Shown: positions 33,169 to 46,500 of the stretch, one piece after another
Position numbering within the stretch: the stretch's first letter is position 1
How the letters are laid out: each line of letters begins with the position of its first letter
From: Euglena gracilis
Taxonomy: Eukaryota
Direction of reading: 5' to 3'
Assembly: GCA_039621445.1 (NCBI GenBank)
Contig: CP154954.1
Location: 12,580,716 to 12,644,715 of the forward strand
Length of the DNA stretch: 64,000 nucleotides
Notes under the pieces: model-generated
The model's database searches: none
Told to the model about the DNA's origin: nothing
What the model saw: the letters and a program-made list of their open reading frames with translations, nothing else
Made by a program: the position numbers and the translations under genes

Positions 33169-36100
33169 ATGTCGGACCACTACAAGATCTGCCTGCTCGG
33201 AGAGGGCCGAGTGGGTAAAACTTCCCTCGTCCGCCGGTACACCGTGGATGACTTTTCTGAAAAGGAGCAAACCACAGTGCAGGTTTGTGTTTTGTTTTTC
33301 CCGCCTGTTTCTTTTGTGAGGCCCCTGTACGTTTCTGTTCCATGTGCAGAACAAGAAATGCACACTGGAATGTTTGAGTTTTTTTCAATCATCCGGTGCA
33401 GGTGTTTATTTGTGCGACATATTGCCCTTTATTTGCACGACAAGTCTTTTGGCCATTTGAAAATTTTGGTTTTTTTTTACATATCTTCAGCCAGAAAAAC
33501 GTATAGAAAAAAAACGCTTCGCAGCCTCTTGTAAAGCAATCTTTCCATCTGTGTGTAATTCTGAGTCTTTTTTTTTGCCATTCTTCAACTCTTTGCCTAG
33601 CACTCTGCCCCAATCGTCTCTGGTTGGGCCCCGTAGGCCAACATGTACTCCAAGAAGCGGCTGCAGATCGAGGACCAGGTAGTCACCATCGCTATCTGGG
33701 ACACCGCTGGCCAGGAACAGGGCTGTGCGGGAATGAATGCCCGAAACCCCAATGGGTGACGATGGTCGATCGCCGCCACGAAGCACCGATAAAAGGATGG
33801 GGCGTGATGGGGCGTGATTGGGCGTAACTGGGTTTGGGACTCTGGATGACCACCCGCGCGGCCCTGGCCAAGAGCGGTTCCACGCCCTCGGGCCCATCTA
33901 CTACCGCGACGCCAACGGTATTCTCCGCCCCCGTCCCCACTCCCGCCCCACCCTCTTCACCCAGGGGGGCTTCTCACGCCATCTTCTTCTTTTTCCATTT
34001 CATCTTCTCGGGCTCCATTTCTATTCCAATGCACATCGGTTCCGCATTGTGTTGCGTTGTGTTCGTTGCGACTCCCTGAGTGTCCGCCCCACCAGGCGCG
34101 TTGCTCGTGTACGACATCACCGACGCTGAGATCAGGCCTCTCCTTCCTTGTTCCCGGACCACCCCCGGCTTCTTGCTCGCCGCTCCTGTCGCCAGCACTT
34201 TTCCTGTGTTTTGTACTAGCTGTTGTTCACACACGGCTTCCGATCAGGCATTTGCTTAAGGGATTGCAGTACCCCCCCCGGGGGGGGGGCAGCTAGTCCA
34301 AATTTGGCTTTCTAGCAGACCCCCCCCGGGGGGGTCTGCTAGCAGGGCCAGCTAGTGGAATTTTTTTTCCCCAGTGACCGGCGCGAAGCGCCGAAAATTT
34401 TTTTCGGACCCCCAAAAATGGCCCAAAATGCCCGTTTTTGGCCATTTTTGGGAATTTTTGGAACAAAATCAGCCAAAAACCTATTAAACCTCATTTTCCC
34501 TTCCGCGCGCAGCGTTGGGGTAAATTTTTTTTCCAGTCCGGGGCACCCCCGGACACCCCCCCCGTGGTCCTTAAGCAAATGCCTCCTTCCGATCCCCCCT
34601 CTCTGGTTCAAGGCTCAGGTTGTCTTTGTGCCCTCGAGAGAACTGACACCATTCATTTTTATTTGATCCTCTTTATTATTCGTTTCCGCCAGCTATTTCC
34701 ATCTACGCTGCTGGAACAAGGGTGGGAAGCACTAGTGCATATGCGTAGAACAGTAGTAGTGGCAACTTTTTTTTTTCATGGTTCATTGTTGTTCCTGATG
34801 TGATGTTGTTGCCCTGAATTTTGGCGCCTTGGTGATATGGTGAAGCCTGGTTCTCACGTTCGAGCGGGTGAAGCATTGGATTAAGGAGCTGAAGTCGGTG
34901 GTCGGGGACGACATCGAGTACAGGCTGTCTTTTTTCCTTTATCAAAATGAACCCCCGGACAATAACCACAACCCTCCCTCCGAGTGGCCCTGATGAGCAC
35001 TCCTGAACCCAGACAGATAATATTGTCTTTCTTTTTGTTGTCTGGTTTCCAAAAATGAAAATGGAGGGGTTTCTGGAGGAAATGGGATTTTTTGCAGGCA
35101 GGCTTCAGGTTAAGGGTTTGCAGTACCCCTCGGTGGGGGGATCAAATATTTTTTGGCACATTTTGTTCCAAAAAAAATGGCCGAAATGGGCATTTTTGGC
35201 CAGTTTTGGGGGTCCAAAAATTATTTTCGGTGGTTCTCGCTGGTCACTTGAAGAATATTTTCTATTAGCTAGCCCTGCCAGCGGACCCCCCTTCCCTAGG
35301 ATTTCCATTAGTCAGTAGTCCAAATTTGGACTAGTTCCGAGGTGGAAGTGAGTAGAATCCCCATTCTTCCTTAAAGACCCCAGGAGTCAATGGCTAGCCA
35401 TTTTGCTGACACTGGAAAATAGCCACTAGCTGGACCCCCCCCCATGTCCCATGTCCTCGGGAGGTCGCAGGGTGGGGTTTCTTCTCTGGTATGGGCGGAA
35501 TGATTGGATCCGCCATCAGAAGCCCTCAGCTTCCGATTCCAGTCGGAAATTTCAGTGCAGACCACCTCCACGTGCAGCGCCGGAGAAATATTTTTCCCGT
35601 TGGGCTGCCCCCCTGCCCCCCCCCTCCCCGCTGATTTTAGAAAGCTGGGATCAACCGGACGTCGAGAAAGATAGAGGCATGTTGATGCCTTGCAGTTTCC
35701 GAGCCGGCCCCGGGCGGATAATTGGCTATGACGATCCTGGAGGTCGTAACGACCTAGGTCGGCCCGACCATTGGTCGGCCCGACCATGGTCGGCCCGACC
35801 TAGGTCGGGCCGACCACTGGAGGTCGGGCCGACTAGCCAATTAACCGCATTACCCCCCCCTTTTTCAAAATTTTCAAAGGATTTTTGACTATAGGTCGGT
35901 ATAGGTCGGGCAGACCATGGTCGGCCCGACCTGTTTGTTACCGACCATTATGGTCGGTAGAAACGACCTCCATGGTTTTCCATTTCAGAAGCATAAAAAC
36001 CCTTGGCCAAACCCTGTGGAACATACAGATGGGCTATTTTACCTACCTGGGGGCACACAAAAGGAGTTTGTTGGGGGGCGCGTTTTGGCCATCCTTGCCT

Positions 36101-38583
36101 TGCACACACAAGGGGATTTTGTTATTTTAGGCGGGGTGGCCAGGGGGGCGGCAGCCCCCCCCCCCCCCGGAGGAGGCCGTAGGCCGACTAAGTTCGCGTT
36201 TTCTTTTTTTTTCATATGGGATGCTTTTTGACAGTTTCAAGGTGTGTTTCCATCCTTTTTGAGTCAAATTTGCCGAATCAAATTTTGAGGGGGGGGGGCT
36301 TAAATTTCCAAAAAAGGGGGGGTAATGCGGATGATTGGAGGTCGGGCCGACCAGGTCGGCCCGACCTCCAATGGTCGATAGGCCATAGCCAATGGTCGGC
36401 CCGACCTAGGTCGGTCCGACCATGGTCGGTACGACCTCCGGGATCGTCATAGCCAATTATCCGCACGGAGCCTTCTGAGCCAATTTACAACATAAGGGGA
36501 TAGGTTATCTAACGAAATGCATCCAAGCCAAACAAACAACGTCTGGACAAATTTTACGTTATGCCGTTTTTTTTTGTCATCAGGCGAAGAAAGTGAGGTG
36601 GAAGCAAAAGAAGATGCCCAACGACCCAGAACAAATCCCCCTGAACCCGAGGAACAGGGTGACTCGCTGCTCGTGGGGTGGGGGGTCATTGACACTGCCG
36701 CACAAATTTCTTAAATATGACTTTGCCACTGTTGGAAAAAAATGGACATAAATTACATGTTCCCAAAAAAGGAGGCCAATGCCAATGGTTCGACTGTGGG
36801 GTTCGGTCCGTTGGGGTTATTTCCCCTCACCAGCCAACAAGTTTTTGCAAGCCTTTAACTTCAACCCCCATCTGTGCATTTCGACGGCGGATGGACTCCG
36901 CCGTGGGGAGTCCCATCTCGGGACTTCTGAAATCTCTTCTGGGTCAAAATGGCAGTGTGATCGAGGTGGTGGTCTGTGGCAACAAGTGCGACCTGGAGCG
37001 GCACCGGCAAGTGTCGCAGGAGGACGCCGTTGGGTATGGACCCCCCTTGCCCGTCAAACCCCCCCGGGTCCTGGGTTGTAGATGACCTAAGGTGGGGTTT
37101 TTTTTTGCATTTGGTCGTGCGACCACCGCCTGGTATGACCCCCCCCTCTGGCTGGGGGTTGGAGGAATCTGGTCGGTGGGGCGGATGGGCACCATCCCTC
37201 TCTCTTTGAATCACGGGACGTGCTCCACATTAATGCCGCGGTTCTGTCCCGGTGGAGCACTGCCAGTGGGCAAACACGAGCACTGCTTTTCACCAGAATA
37301 AGCGTTTATGTTGGGAGGGGGGAGGCAGAAGGCAACTCCAATGGTCCGGACGAAGCCAACCCTCGGGGTGCGAAGGGGGTCGGACCGGGTGGTTTCCCGC
37401 TGCAGGTACTGCAAGTCAGTGGGGGCGGAGCACTGCCTGACCTCCGCCAAGCTGAACAAGAACGTGGCGGAGGCGTTCGTGGCCCTGACCCGCAGTATGC
37501 CTTCGTAATTTCATACGAACGGCTCACGCGTGCATCCCATTTTAAACATCTGGCTGGCACTGCTTTTTTTTCTGCTTTTTTCAACGTTCATTATATTATC
37601 AGGGATCCCATCGTTTGTTTGCTCTTTAGAGAGCCATCTGGTTTTATTTTGGGGAGATAATTAAGTTATTTATATTGTTTTTTTTTCATTTTCATTTTTA
37701 TCCAGGCCATTAATTATGCAAAAATTCAATTTAATTTGAAATTCTAACTTCCTTCCCGTATATGCCTGCAATGGAACCCCTCAGGATTTTTGTTGGCCTG
37801 TTGCACCATCGATGGCCATTCGGCAGGAATGGTGGCAGTGCGGTCCCGGAAGGCCTCCATGACCCCACTCAGGCGGTGGTTTGGGGGAGATAGGGGAACA
37901 GGAGTCCATATGCTTCTAATCCTTCCCGTGTTCCGCTGCGTGTATGTGTACATGTTGTATGTATATATGGAAAAAGGTGTTCAAAGATGGCCAAAAAATG
38001 GTGTGTTTTGGGTGTTTTGGGCGTTCTTTTTTTTTGGGAGTTGTCAGATCTGAGATTGAGATCAATCTCAATCTTTTCAAAACTGTGTTTCGCGGGTCAT
38101 TATTTTTGGCAATCGCCCCATTTCGACCGAGCCCAGCCCAGCTCATATCAAGCTAGGGTCCAGCTCCTCCCCCTCCTCCTGGGGCGGGTTGGCCAGCCCA
38201 AAATTCTAGTCCTAGCCAGCATCCGCCCTGGGTCCTCAAGGACACGTGTGCATGCAACACCGTACGTATTGTATTACGAGTGCAAATATTTCATTCATAT
38301 ACAATATGCGTCTAATGTATGTGTATGTACACAGACATATACACACGGCGTATATCTATTTTCCTGTACTTCATTTGTGGATGCGAAACTGTTTGTGTGT
38401 TTCGTCTGTGGACACTACAAAGATCGTGGTTCACCACGCTAAATGAATGTCTGGTCCAAAGAGCCGCCTGGGACGTCGCGGGGCCTCGGCAGCGGCGTGT
38501 ACGGCCGGAAGGGGGCCGGCATCCGCATTGTGGACGACGAGCCCGTTGTGAAGAAGCAGGGCGGCTGCTGCTCCTACGCGTGA
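33169..38583 (+). CDS. RAB21: Rab21 small GTPase
   Basis: Exons 33169-33282, 33637-33714, 33872-33917, 34096-34129, 34855-34917, 36965-37033, 37406-37494, 37827-37866, 38475-38583. Motifs: [43 protein letters not shown] (Rab21-type switch II), GNKCDL, TSAK and C-terminal GGCCSYA (CCXXX prenylation). Confidence 0.92.
33715..33871 (+). other. Nonconventional intron (N3/N5)
   Basis: GAA-CAGGGCTGTGCGGG / CCCGCGCGGCCCTG-GCCAA, a 14-bp stem with 2 G-U pairs. Restores WDTAGQ|ERF; flanks GCCAGGAA / GCCAAGAG (6/8). Confidence 0.92.
34130..34854 (+). other. Nonconventional intron (N3/N5) hosting a MITE
   Basis: GAT-CAGGC / GCCTG-GTTCT. Restores DITDA-D-TFERVKHW; a 1-nt slide giving E is also possible. 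Confidence 0.85.
34245..34585. mobile_element. MITE family A, 8-bp TSD
   Basis: Same TIR (terminal G changed to C) and a closely similar body; TSD CTTCCGAT on both sides. More degenerate family-A copies lie at ~18500-18830, ~35100-35380 and ~44470-45140. Confidence 0.9.
34918..36964 (+). other. Nonconventional/intermediate intron (GT start, no AG)
   Basis: GTA-CAGGCTGTC / GGCAGTGTG-ATCGA; flanks ATCGAGTA / ATCGAGGT (6/8). Restores DDI-E-VVVCGNK. Confidence 0.85.
35710..36468. mobile_element. Long-TIR (foldback-like) element with GGTCGGCCCGACC repeats
   Basis: Near-perfect inverted termini of about 40 bp (CCGGGCGGATAATTGGCTATGACGATCC... / ...GGATCGTCATAGCCAATTATCCGCACGG) continuing into palindromic repeats; flanks AGCCGGCC / AGCCTTCT (5/8). 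Confidence 0.8.
37867..38474 (+). other. Nonconventional intron (N3/N4)
   Basis: ACT-CAGGCGG..TTTGG / CCAAA..CCGCCTG-GGAC. The frame requires 7 (or 10) nt outside the stem. Confidence 0.7.
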
Positions 38584-39487
38584 GCCCTCTGGGTGTGTGT
38601 GCCCCAGGGGAGTGTTGGGCGGATTGAGCTTTTTGTGGTTGAGTCATCTGCTGTACTCATGCCCCCCCCCACAAGCAGTTAAATGGGAATCTTGGAAACT
38701 CTATTGAGTCTTCCATCCTGCCCATCCAAGGGCTGCACAGAATTCCCTGAAAGCCCAAGGCGGGGGGTCTCTTCAAATCGGTTTCGTGGATAGTCAAGGG
38801 CCGGATACCAGGCCAAAATTGTTGGAAAATACCTGACTTTTCTTTAAAAAAGAGTCCAAATTTTGTTATTTTTCATTTTTTTTGGCATTTGTCATCATGC
38901 AGAGAACACAGTCTGCTTAAAAGTGAAGAGGGAGAAGGGCTGGTTGACTGCTTTTTTGTCGATTTCACACCTGGGAAGGAGGGGTTCAATTCTCCCTTTG
39001 GGCACCAGAAAACCTCAAATTGCTTTCGATTTGGTATTTTTATTTTGAAACGTCTGCCAAGCTTTCATATCTGCAAGTAGTAATTTATAATAGTGTTCAA
39101 ATTGGAGGTGGCGGAGACATGTTTAAAATAGCAATCAGTAATCTGACGTATCGTTTCATTAAAAAAAAAATTGGAAAATTGGAAACCAATGGACCCTTAT
39201 TTCCTTGTTTTTGTTGACCAAGCAAACGTCTCCCATAAACCCAAGTTTTTTTTTGGATCTTGTGTTCTTTGTGCGAGTTGATCTTGTGGTTTGCCAGGGT
39301 GTTTTCTCTCGTTGGAACAAAATAAATAATCGTCTTCAGAGTTCCAAATCCAAACCATGAAAATTTCAGGATAACAAACATTCATCTGGACCATCAAGCA
39401 CGTCGAGGGTTTGTTATGGCATCGATGAGGTATTTTATCGGTGGGCTTTCTCAGTATTCGTGTTTGTGTTATTTATTTTGTCTTCAG

Positions 39488-40872
39488 TTCCCCCGGCGAT
39501 TGCCTTCTGCTCCTGTCGTATACGTGGCTGAGCAGGTGCATCCTGGGTTCAGGGCCTTGTGAATCCCTGAAACTCTGTGGGTGCTGCATGTGGGGAGGTC
39601 GACCATCAAAATAATATTCCCCTTGGGAGTATTATTTGGACGGCAGAGGTTTTTAATTACTCTCTTTTTATTTGCGTAAAGTCCGCCCTGCTGAAGTGGG
39701 GCTGTTTTGTGCCCAGGATGCAGAATATTGTTTGGGGGGGTCATTGTTAGGGGGGATATTATTTGGGAGGTATTGCTCAGTCCACCATCATCAATATTTT
39801 GCAGTCTTTATTTTGCTTCAAACATTCGTATGCGAGTTATGGTTTTTGAATGGCGGTGTGGAGGGGGTCTGTGTCACCGAAAATTCCGTGCGCTGCGCCT
39901 GCCCGAGAGGTCTCCCCCGGCCGTTTCTGGCTTGCCCCTGACCCACCGTGCACGGGCCAACCTTCTCCGCCGTATGTGCATTTTTTCCATCGTGGCACCG
40001 ACTGCCCATTGGATCCTGTGGTGACGGCGGCTGCTTTTAGTCTTGACTCCTTGCCCAGGGACAATGGTGTCGGTGCACCCGCACTCCAAACCTCTGCCAG
40101 GAAACTCAAAGTTGCCCTGGGACAGCAAACTGAATTGACCATATGTCCCAAAGTGACCGCTTTCTGCTTTCCCCCCCCAAACGTAAAGATTTGGACCCGC
40201 ATTTGCCATTGCTGTTAATGGTGCCACACAGTGTGTCGTTGCCCCATGCCTCCTTTGTTTGTTTCTTCTTCTCAATTGTCTATTGGTGTCTCTTATTGAA
40301 TCATTTTTTTCATGATTCAGCATGGTCGTGTGATATTCATGTGGTTCTTAGATCTGGGATGCGGTGATGATATGTGTTTTTGGCAAGCGGTGTTGTTCAC
40401 ATTATTTGACGTGCCTCAATCTCCGGGAAGCCACCTACACTCCTGCATTTTGCCCACGCCCAAAGAATTTTGCTGGCGTACCGCAGCATTCACTTCATTG
40501 TGGCCTCCTCCTGTCTATTTGTTTATTTTCCTTCTGACTGCTGCACTCCCTGACCCTTGTTTAATTGAGCAACTGGCTTTGCATTCCCTGAAGAATTCAT
40601 TTTCAGTCCTCCATATTTTTGCTTCGTGTTTTATTTCTGTAGTTGTCCCCTTAGGTTTAAGCCCCAAATCTTACCCCAAATCCGACGGCTAACTGAAACC
40701 TTAACCACATCTTTGTGACGAATGCAATCCACGGCTCAGGAGGCCGGGGGGCAAAGTGTTGGTTGCGTTGGCCAAAGGAAAATTACAGTTGGGAGCCCTG
40801 GTTAAAAATGTTAGGCGGTCGACGACCCTGCATCGTTTTACAAATGGACCCTACACGGTGGGGACTCCCAAG
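39488..40872 (+). CDS. Possible uncharacterised multi-exon gene (fragmentary)
   Basis: Exon-like segments ending in GT donors: ~39488-39535 (FPRRLPSAPVVYVAEQ|gt), ~40018-40152 (...QQTELTICPK|gt) and ~40756-40872 (...YTVGTPK|gtgaga). No recognisable domain; the model and strand are not secure. Confidence 0.25.
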
Positions 40873-41205
40873 GTGAGAGGATGCAATTTCTTTCTGCCAT
40901 TTTTTATTTATTCATTCGTTCATTCATTCATTTATTCATTTTTTTCCTTATGACCCAACTAACCATCCTCTCTAATGATTTTGTGTGGTTTCTGCCTTTT
41001 TTTGCCAGCCATCTAACCACACCCAAAGCCAAGCGGTTGCCACTGCTCTCATCCAACCCAGCTCTCTCCTCCTCCCCGGCTTCACCAACAAGACACACCA
41101 AATTTCCCCTGCTTTTCTTTTTCTGACCCAAGCCACCCTTCTCCCCAGGGCTGTGATAGCACACCCCAGTGTTTATATGAGCAGGGTTAACCAGCCCCCG
41201 TCCAA

Positions 41206-41325
41206 CTGGTCCAGGACGAGGTTGGTGTGGTGTGGTCCAGGACGAGGTTGGTGTGGTCCAGGACGAGGTGGTGTGGTCGAGGTTGTGGTGGTGGTCCAGG
41301 TTGGTGTGGTCCAGGACAGGTCCAG
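41206..41325. repeat. Degenerate tandem repeat GGTCCAGGACGAGGTTGGTGT
   Basis: Several adjacent copies with no unique spacers. Confidence 0.8.
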
Positions 41326-43573
41326 TGGCACCGAACCAGAAGACGGGGCGAGGAGGCGATCATTTTTAAACCCAGCCCGAATCCCTGAGCTTTTATGGGT
41401 TGGGGAAATACCGCCCCGTCACCAATGGCACCTTTTCCCGCCCCCCTCCCCCCACCCCAGAGCACACATCAACCGACCTCCCCCTCGGCCCTGCCTAACC
41501 CCATTGGCCCCAGTGGCCCAGTGGCCCACCCACGACGGTCCTCAAAGGACCGGCCAGGTGGTGTTTTTTTTTTAAATTAAAGGACCTATCCTTGAGCACC
41601 GACATTAAACAGCTAGCCCGGCTCAAACGGGCTCGACATTGAAAGTCGAAAACATCTTTTTTTTAATGATTTTGGTGCAAGGGCGATGGTCCAAAGCTGT
41701 CAGGCGGCTCTTGGGGTTTCACCCGTGTCTCCCGCTTTCGCCGAGAACTTGTCAGTTTTTCACCACTTTTTGCTCTGGATTTCCAGCGTCCCGGGGAGAG
41801 CAAAGGTTTGTTCTTAGACATTTTTTATTCAAGGACCGCCCTGCCGCCGCCGCTGCCACGGGACCCCAGGCGGGCCGATGCCTCGGGCGGCCAACGTTGT
41901 GGCCGCCCCGTCCCCCCACAGGGGCTCTGGGATGGCCGCCAACTTGCCCTCCCCGACCAGCCCTGGGCCATCGGCTCACCCGCTGTGCTCCCAGTTTTGC
42001 TGCACCAGCCTTGCGGAAGGGGTAGCTTTTGGGAATGAATGGCCAGAGGTTGGAACCCACCCACCAACCCACAGGGGGCGGGCAGGGATAGATGGCAAGC
42101 AATTAGGGGGTAGCTGATTTCTTCTCTCTTCAAAGTAAGAGCGAAGCTTCTCACCAGGGAAGAGGAGGGGTAGAAGCACTCTGCCCCTGGATAGGTAATG
42201 AAGACTACGGATTATCACCATGGCTGGGACTCGTTCCCAGAATTTTTTATTTCAGTCGCGAGCGACTGGATCCCGAGTTTCCGAATCACCTCCTTTTGAC
42301 CCCCAACTGCCCACCGGGCCCGAGTTGTTCACCCGCGAAGGGGTCCAGACTGGGCAGGATTCGCCAACCCCAATTTCAACTCTGCCATTTCTCCGGGAGT
42401 GGGATTTTCGGTCAAAAAATAGACTTTTCGAAAATATCTCGAGTAAACGTTTGTTTCTATTGTTTCCGGAAGTGTCGGTCAGACCAAATGTTCCCCCGGA
42501 GGCAGTCTATAGCCCCCCAAATCGACTATTGTGAGGTTTTTTTCAGGGCCATTTTTTTTGTAAAAACTCCAAATTTTTCAAAATATCTCGAAAAAAAGTA
42601 GGATTATTATATTATTCCGGAAGTCTGAATTAGACCAAATGTACCCCTAGAGGGCCTCTGTCGTCTGTGGCCCAAACAGTGTTTTTGGGCCGCTTTTTTT
42701 TTTTGTCAAAAGCCAATAATTTCAAATCTCGAAAATGAAGGAAGTGTCCAAACAACTCTTTCCTTTTTCCTCAACTGCCCCACCCATTTTTTTTGGCCAT
42801 TTTGATTTGCCGTTTTCGGGGCCATTCTTTGGGTCAAAAAATCGAAACTTCAAAATCTCTCCAAACTGTTCGGGAATCGAACAAAATCACTCGGCGACGT
42901 AAAAGAAGCCCCTGGAAGCCTCTAGCATAGACTGCCAGGGCCAGTTGTGCGCCTGGGCTGGCCGGGCCGCCAGGCCGTTGGGCCGGGCCGGGCCGGGCCG
43001 CCAGGTCGGCCTGGTAGGCAGATGCTTCAAACATCTGCTGCGCCATGGCATCATCAGATCGGATATCTAAAAGAGCAGTGCTGGCACCACTTGCACCGCT
43101 AGGCACCGCTTTGAAACCTTGCTCCAAAACGGCAGGACCCGGCGAAATGTTGTCATTGCTGAACCCGATGAGTTGGCCGCTTTCCCGGCCATTTTTGAAA
43201 ACATCAGTTCCCATGCCCCCCGTTTTGGGGAACACCTCGCAACCTTGCCGTGCCCTGCTGTGCCACGACCGCTTCACAGTCACGAGAATTGCTGCTGGAA
43301 GGATGCTGCCAGGTTCCCCCCACCGGCTCTTGGCCCGCTTCTCTAAACAAACAAATTTGCCCCCCCCCCCCCAAAAGTTGGCTTTCGGCCTTGACTTTCG
43401 ATCCCAGAGGTGCAACCCCAGGTAACCTGTTTCCAAACACAACGACACAAAACACGAGGGGGCCAGCAGACAAACACAAGAACACAAACACAAATTGACA
43501 ACGAACGCGTGTGACACACACTGTGGCCTTCGCCCCATCAGCTTGCGCGTTGCCATCCAAGGTCACCCCCTCA

Positions 43574-46500
43574 ATGGCTCCGTTGGCTCGTGTGGTTGCC
43601 TTGGTCACTGGTGCTGCGCAGGGACTTGCCCAGGCAGCCCTTAACTGACTTGGCCAACAATGGTGACTGCATGCAAAACGTTGTGTGTTTGCGGTCATGC
43701 GTGTTGTCTTTCTGTCCGTGAATGCAAATACGTTTTTGAAAACCATTTTCCCCCTGATGCTCTGTGGTTCGGATGCCAGGGTGTCACACCGAGGGCATCT
43801 TCAGAAGTTCTTATCCCATCCTTCAAGCGGTACAGCCTTTTTCCACCCCACCCCTGGTCATATAGTTTTATTTTATTTTATTTATTCATTTTGGTATGTG
43901 CCAGGGGCGAAATCGGGCGAAATCGTTTTGTTATGTGCCAGGGCCAAGGGCATTTTTTTTTTGGTCAGAAAAGCAGTTTTCTGCATCTTTTCGGCATTTT
44001 AGATGTTCGACCCTTGGTTGGGCCCCGTTTCAGCTCTGGGATCTCCACGGGGGGTCAGCAAACAGAATTTTTTCCAGCCAGGCCATTTTTTCCTGTGAGC
44101 TGGACCCCCCCCCGGGCGGGGTGTCACCAAGCGACACCCTGGTCACAACCCATTCGGTGATACCAACTTTGGGCCATTTCTGTTCACTTTGACGCAATTT
44201 TGACCAGTGTTCCCCCCTTTCAGGCGCTTGGGGTCGTTATTTGCCCGTTCTCGGCAGCCTTTGGCCCCCAACCAGCCCCCCCCCCCCCCCCGTGGCAAGG
44301 GACGGCTGCCCCCCGGCCGGGCCACCGCGCTGCGGTTCGTGGAGCAGGGCGCCCGCGTCGTGCTGGCCGACCTCCCGTCGTCCGGCGCTGCCCGGTTGGC
44401 CCAGGTCCGGGACCCTTCGTGGCGCTTTGGCCAGTGGCACGAGGGATAAACGTTCATCAGGGGTGAGCCTTGGCTTAAGGGTTCGCAGTACCCCCCCCCC
44501 CCTCTGGTGGGGGGGCTGGGCTCCTGGGCTCGGCTGCACCTAGTTCAAATTTGGAATACCAGTGGACCACCTGGCGTGCCGGGGGGGGGGTTGCTAGCAG
44601 CAAGCACCTCCAGTGACAGATCCTGACAAATCCCGACAAATCCCAACAAATCCCAACAAAATACCAAGCAAACATGCAAATAATTTTTGCAAAGAGCATC
44701 ATTGCAAGATGTTTTTTATGCTTTTTTTGAAGCCATACACAGCAAAAAGTGGCCAACGGTCAGCAGAAGTGGAAGGCAGTCCAAGGCAGCAAAACGTGGG
44801 CGAAAGTTTGGCAAAGTGAATAACAACAATCAACAATAGCAAAAAAGTACCCAAGAGTGGCCAAAAGTGGTTTAGTAGTGACAGAAAGAGTCGAAAATGG
44901 ACAAACATGGCAACAATTTTGGGCAACAGTAGCCAAAGCTGACCCAGATGTGGCCATTACTCATGTGGCTGGGACCCCACCACCATTTTTCAAATCCCGA
45001 CAAATCCCGGCAAATTCAGGCAACACCGCCAAAATGCTAAGTGCCTAGAGGTGCACGCTAGCAGTGATAGCTCGTGAAAAACTTTTCTAGTGACCGGCGC
45101 AAAGTGGCGATAATTTTTTTTGGACCTCCAAGAGTCGCCCAAATATATGCATATTCAGACATTTCATTTATTTCGGTTTTTGAGTCCTTGTGGCAGACAC
45201 AAAGAAACATTGTGTATTTTTACAAAAGAAAACCGTCGTCTTCTGGCCTTCCGGCCTTTTATTCATTCCGTGTTTCCGCTCTCACATGCACATTCATTTT
45301 TGTTATCATGGCACTACCCGTGGTGTCCTCTGTTTCCCTGTCCCCACCTCACACCAGGAGCTCGGCCCCAACGCGGCATTTGCTCCCGTGGATGTGACCT
45401 CCGAGGCGGATGTGGAGGCGGCGCTGAAGCAGGCCGCCCCTGGGGCACACCCCCACGATTCCAAATGGCTGTTGTTTCGGATGGGGTGGTGGAGTGGCAA
45501 AGCTCGCCTCCTGCCTGCCTGGCTGTCCTGAGTTAGCCAACCCATAACGACCTCATTGTTTCATTTTGGAAATGAATTTTTTTTGTTTGAACAGTTATCT
45601 TGTGGGCGGGTCCGTTCCTGGAGCAGGCCTTCCCATAGAGTCCTGCTCTGTCCTCTGGGATACATGGTCGACTTCCACTCAGGACTCCCAGCACCCGGAG
45701 GCAGGCTGCCCCCTGACCTTGCCCAGCGCACCTTTCAGTCGGAGGTCAACGTGGCAGTCAACTGTGCGGGCATCCTGGTGGCCTCCAAGACGATGGGCAA
45801 GAAGGGGCCCCACAAACTCAATGATTTCTTGAAGGTCCGCCACGCGCGTGGCTGCTTTGTTACCCACAGTTGCTGGCAACCCATAAAGTTTCCATCAACT
45901 TGTCGTTTTTTTGCCAGATAAAAAAAGAGGAAGGACGTTGCCTAGGCGATATGTCGGTGTCAGGGGTTTTTTTTTTTAGTCTTGGACCCCTCCCCCGGGG
46001 GGGGGGGGGGTGGATCCCTTGTACCCCCTCCCCCCGGTCTGAAATATGAAATAAACCCCGGTGTTTATTTTACCGGTTGTGTTGTTTTGAATTTCCCCCC
46101 ACCTCAACGACTCACTGCACAGGAACGTTGCACGACCATATCACAGGAGCATGGATTATGAATAAAATTTTGAGCAATTGAAAGTATTGTTTTTTTAATG
46201 TTCTCGGTTACAAGAGCAAGTGGTTGGTTGAAGGGGTATATCATTTGCCACGCGTGCCTCATGAGTCACACCTGCCAAACGTGCCACACCTTCCACACCG
46301 TACGTGCCACACGTGGCAACTCTGTCATGCGTGACACATGCACCCCACACATCACATGTTCCACAGGTTGACCTCCCCCCCGTCCCCACTCGCAGGTCCT
46401 CACCGTCAACGTGGCTGGCACATTCAACGTCTGCCGGCTGGCCGCAGCCCGCATGCGGGCCACTGCCCCGGACGCTGCGGGGCAGCGTGGCGTGCTGGTC

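Noticed and set aside
41206-41325. CRISPR-like repeated motif
   Set aside because: The repeats are adjacent and degenerate with no unique spacers, there are no cas genes, and the context is eukaryotic.
42834-43556. 240-aa minus-strand ORF (MAQQMFEASAYQADL...)
   Set aside because: No recognisable domain. The GC-rich palindromic sequence is open on both strands and I could not build a consistent exon chain.
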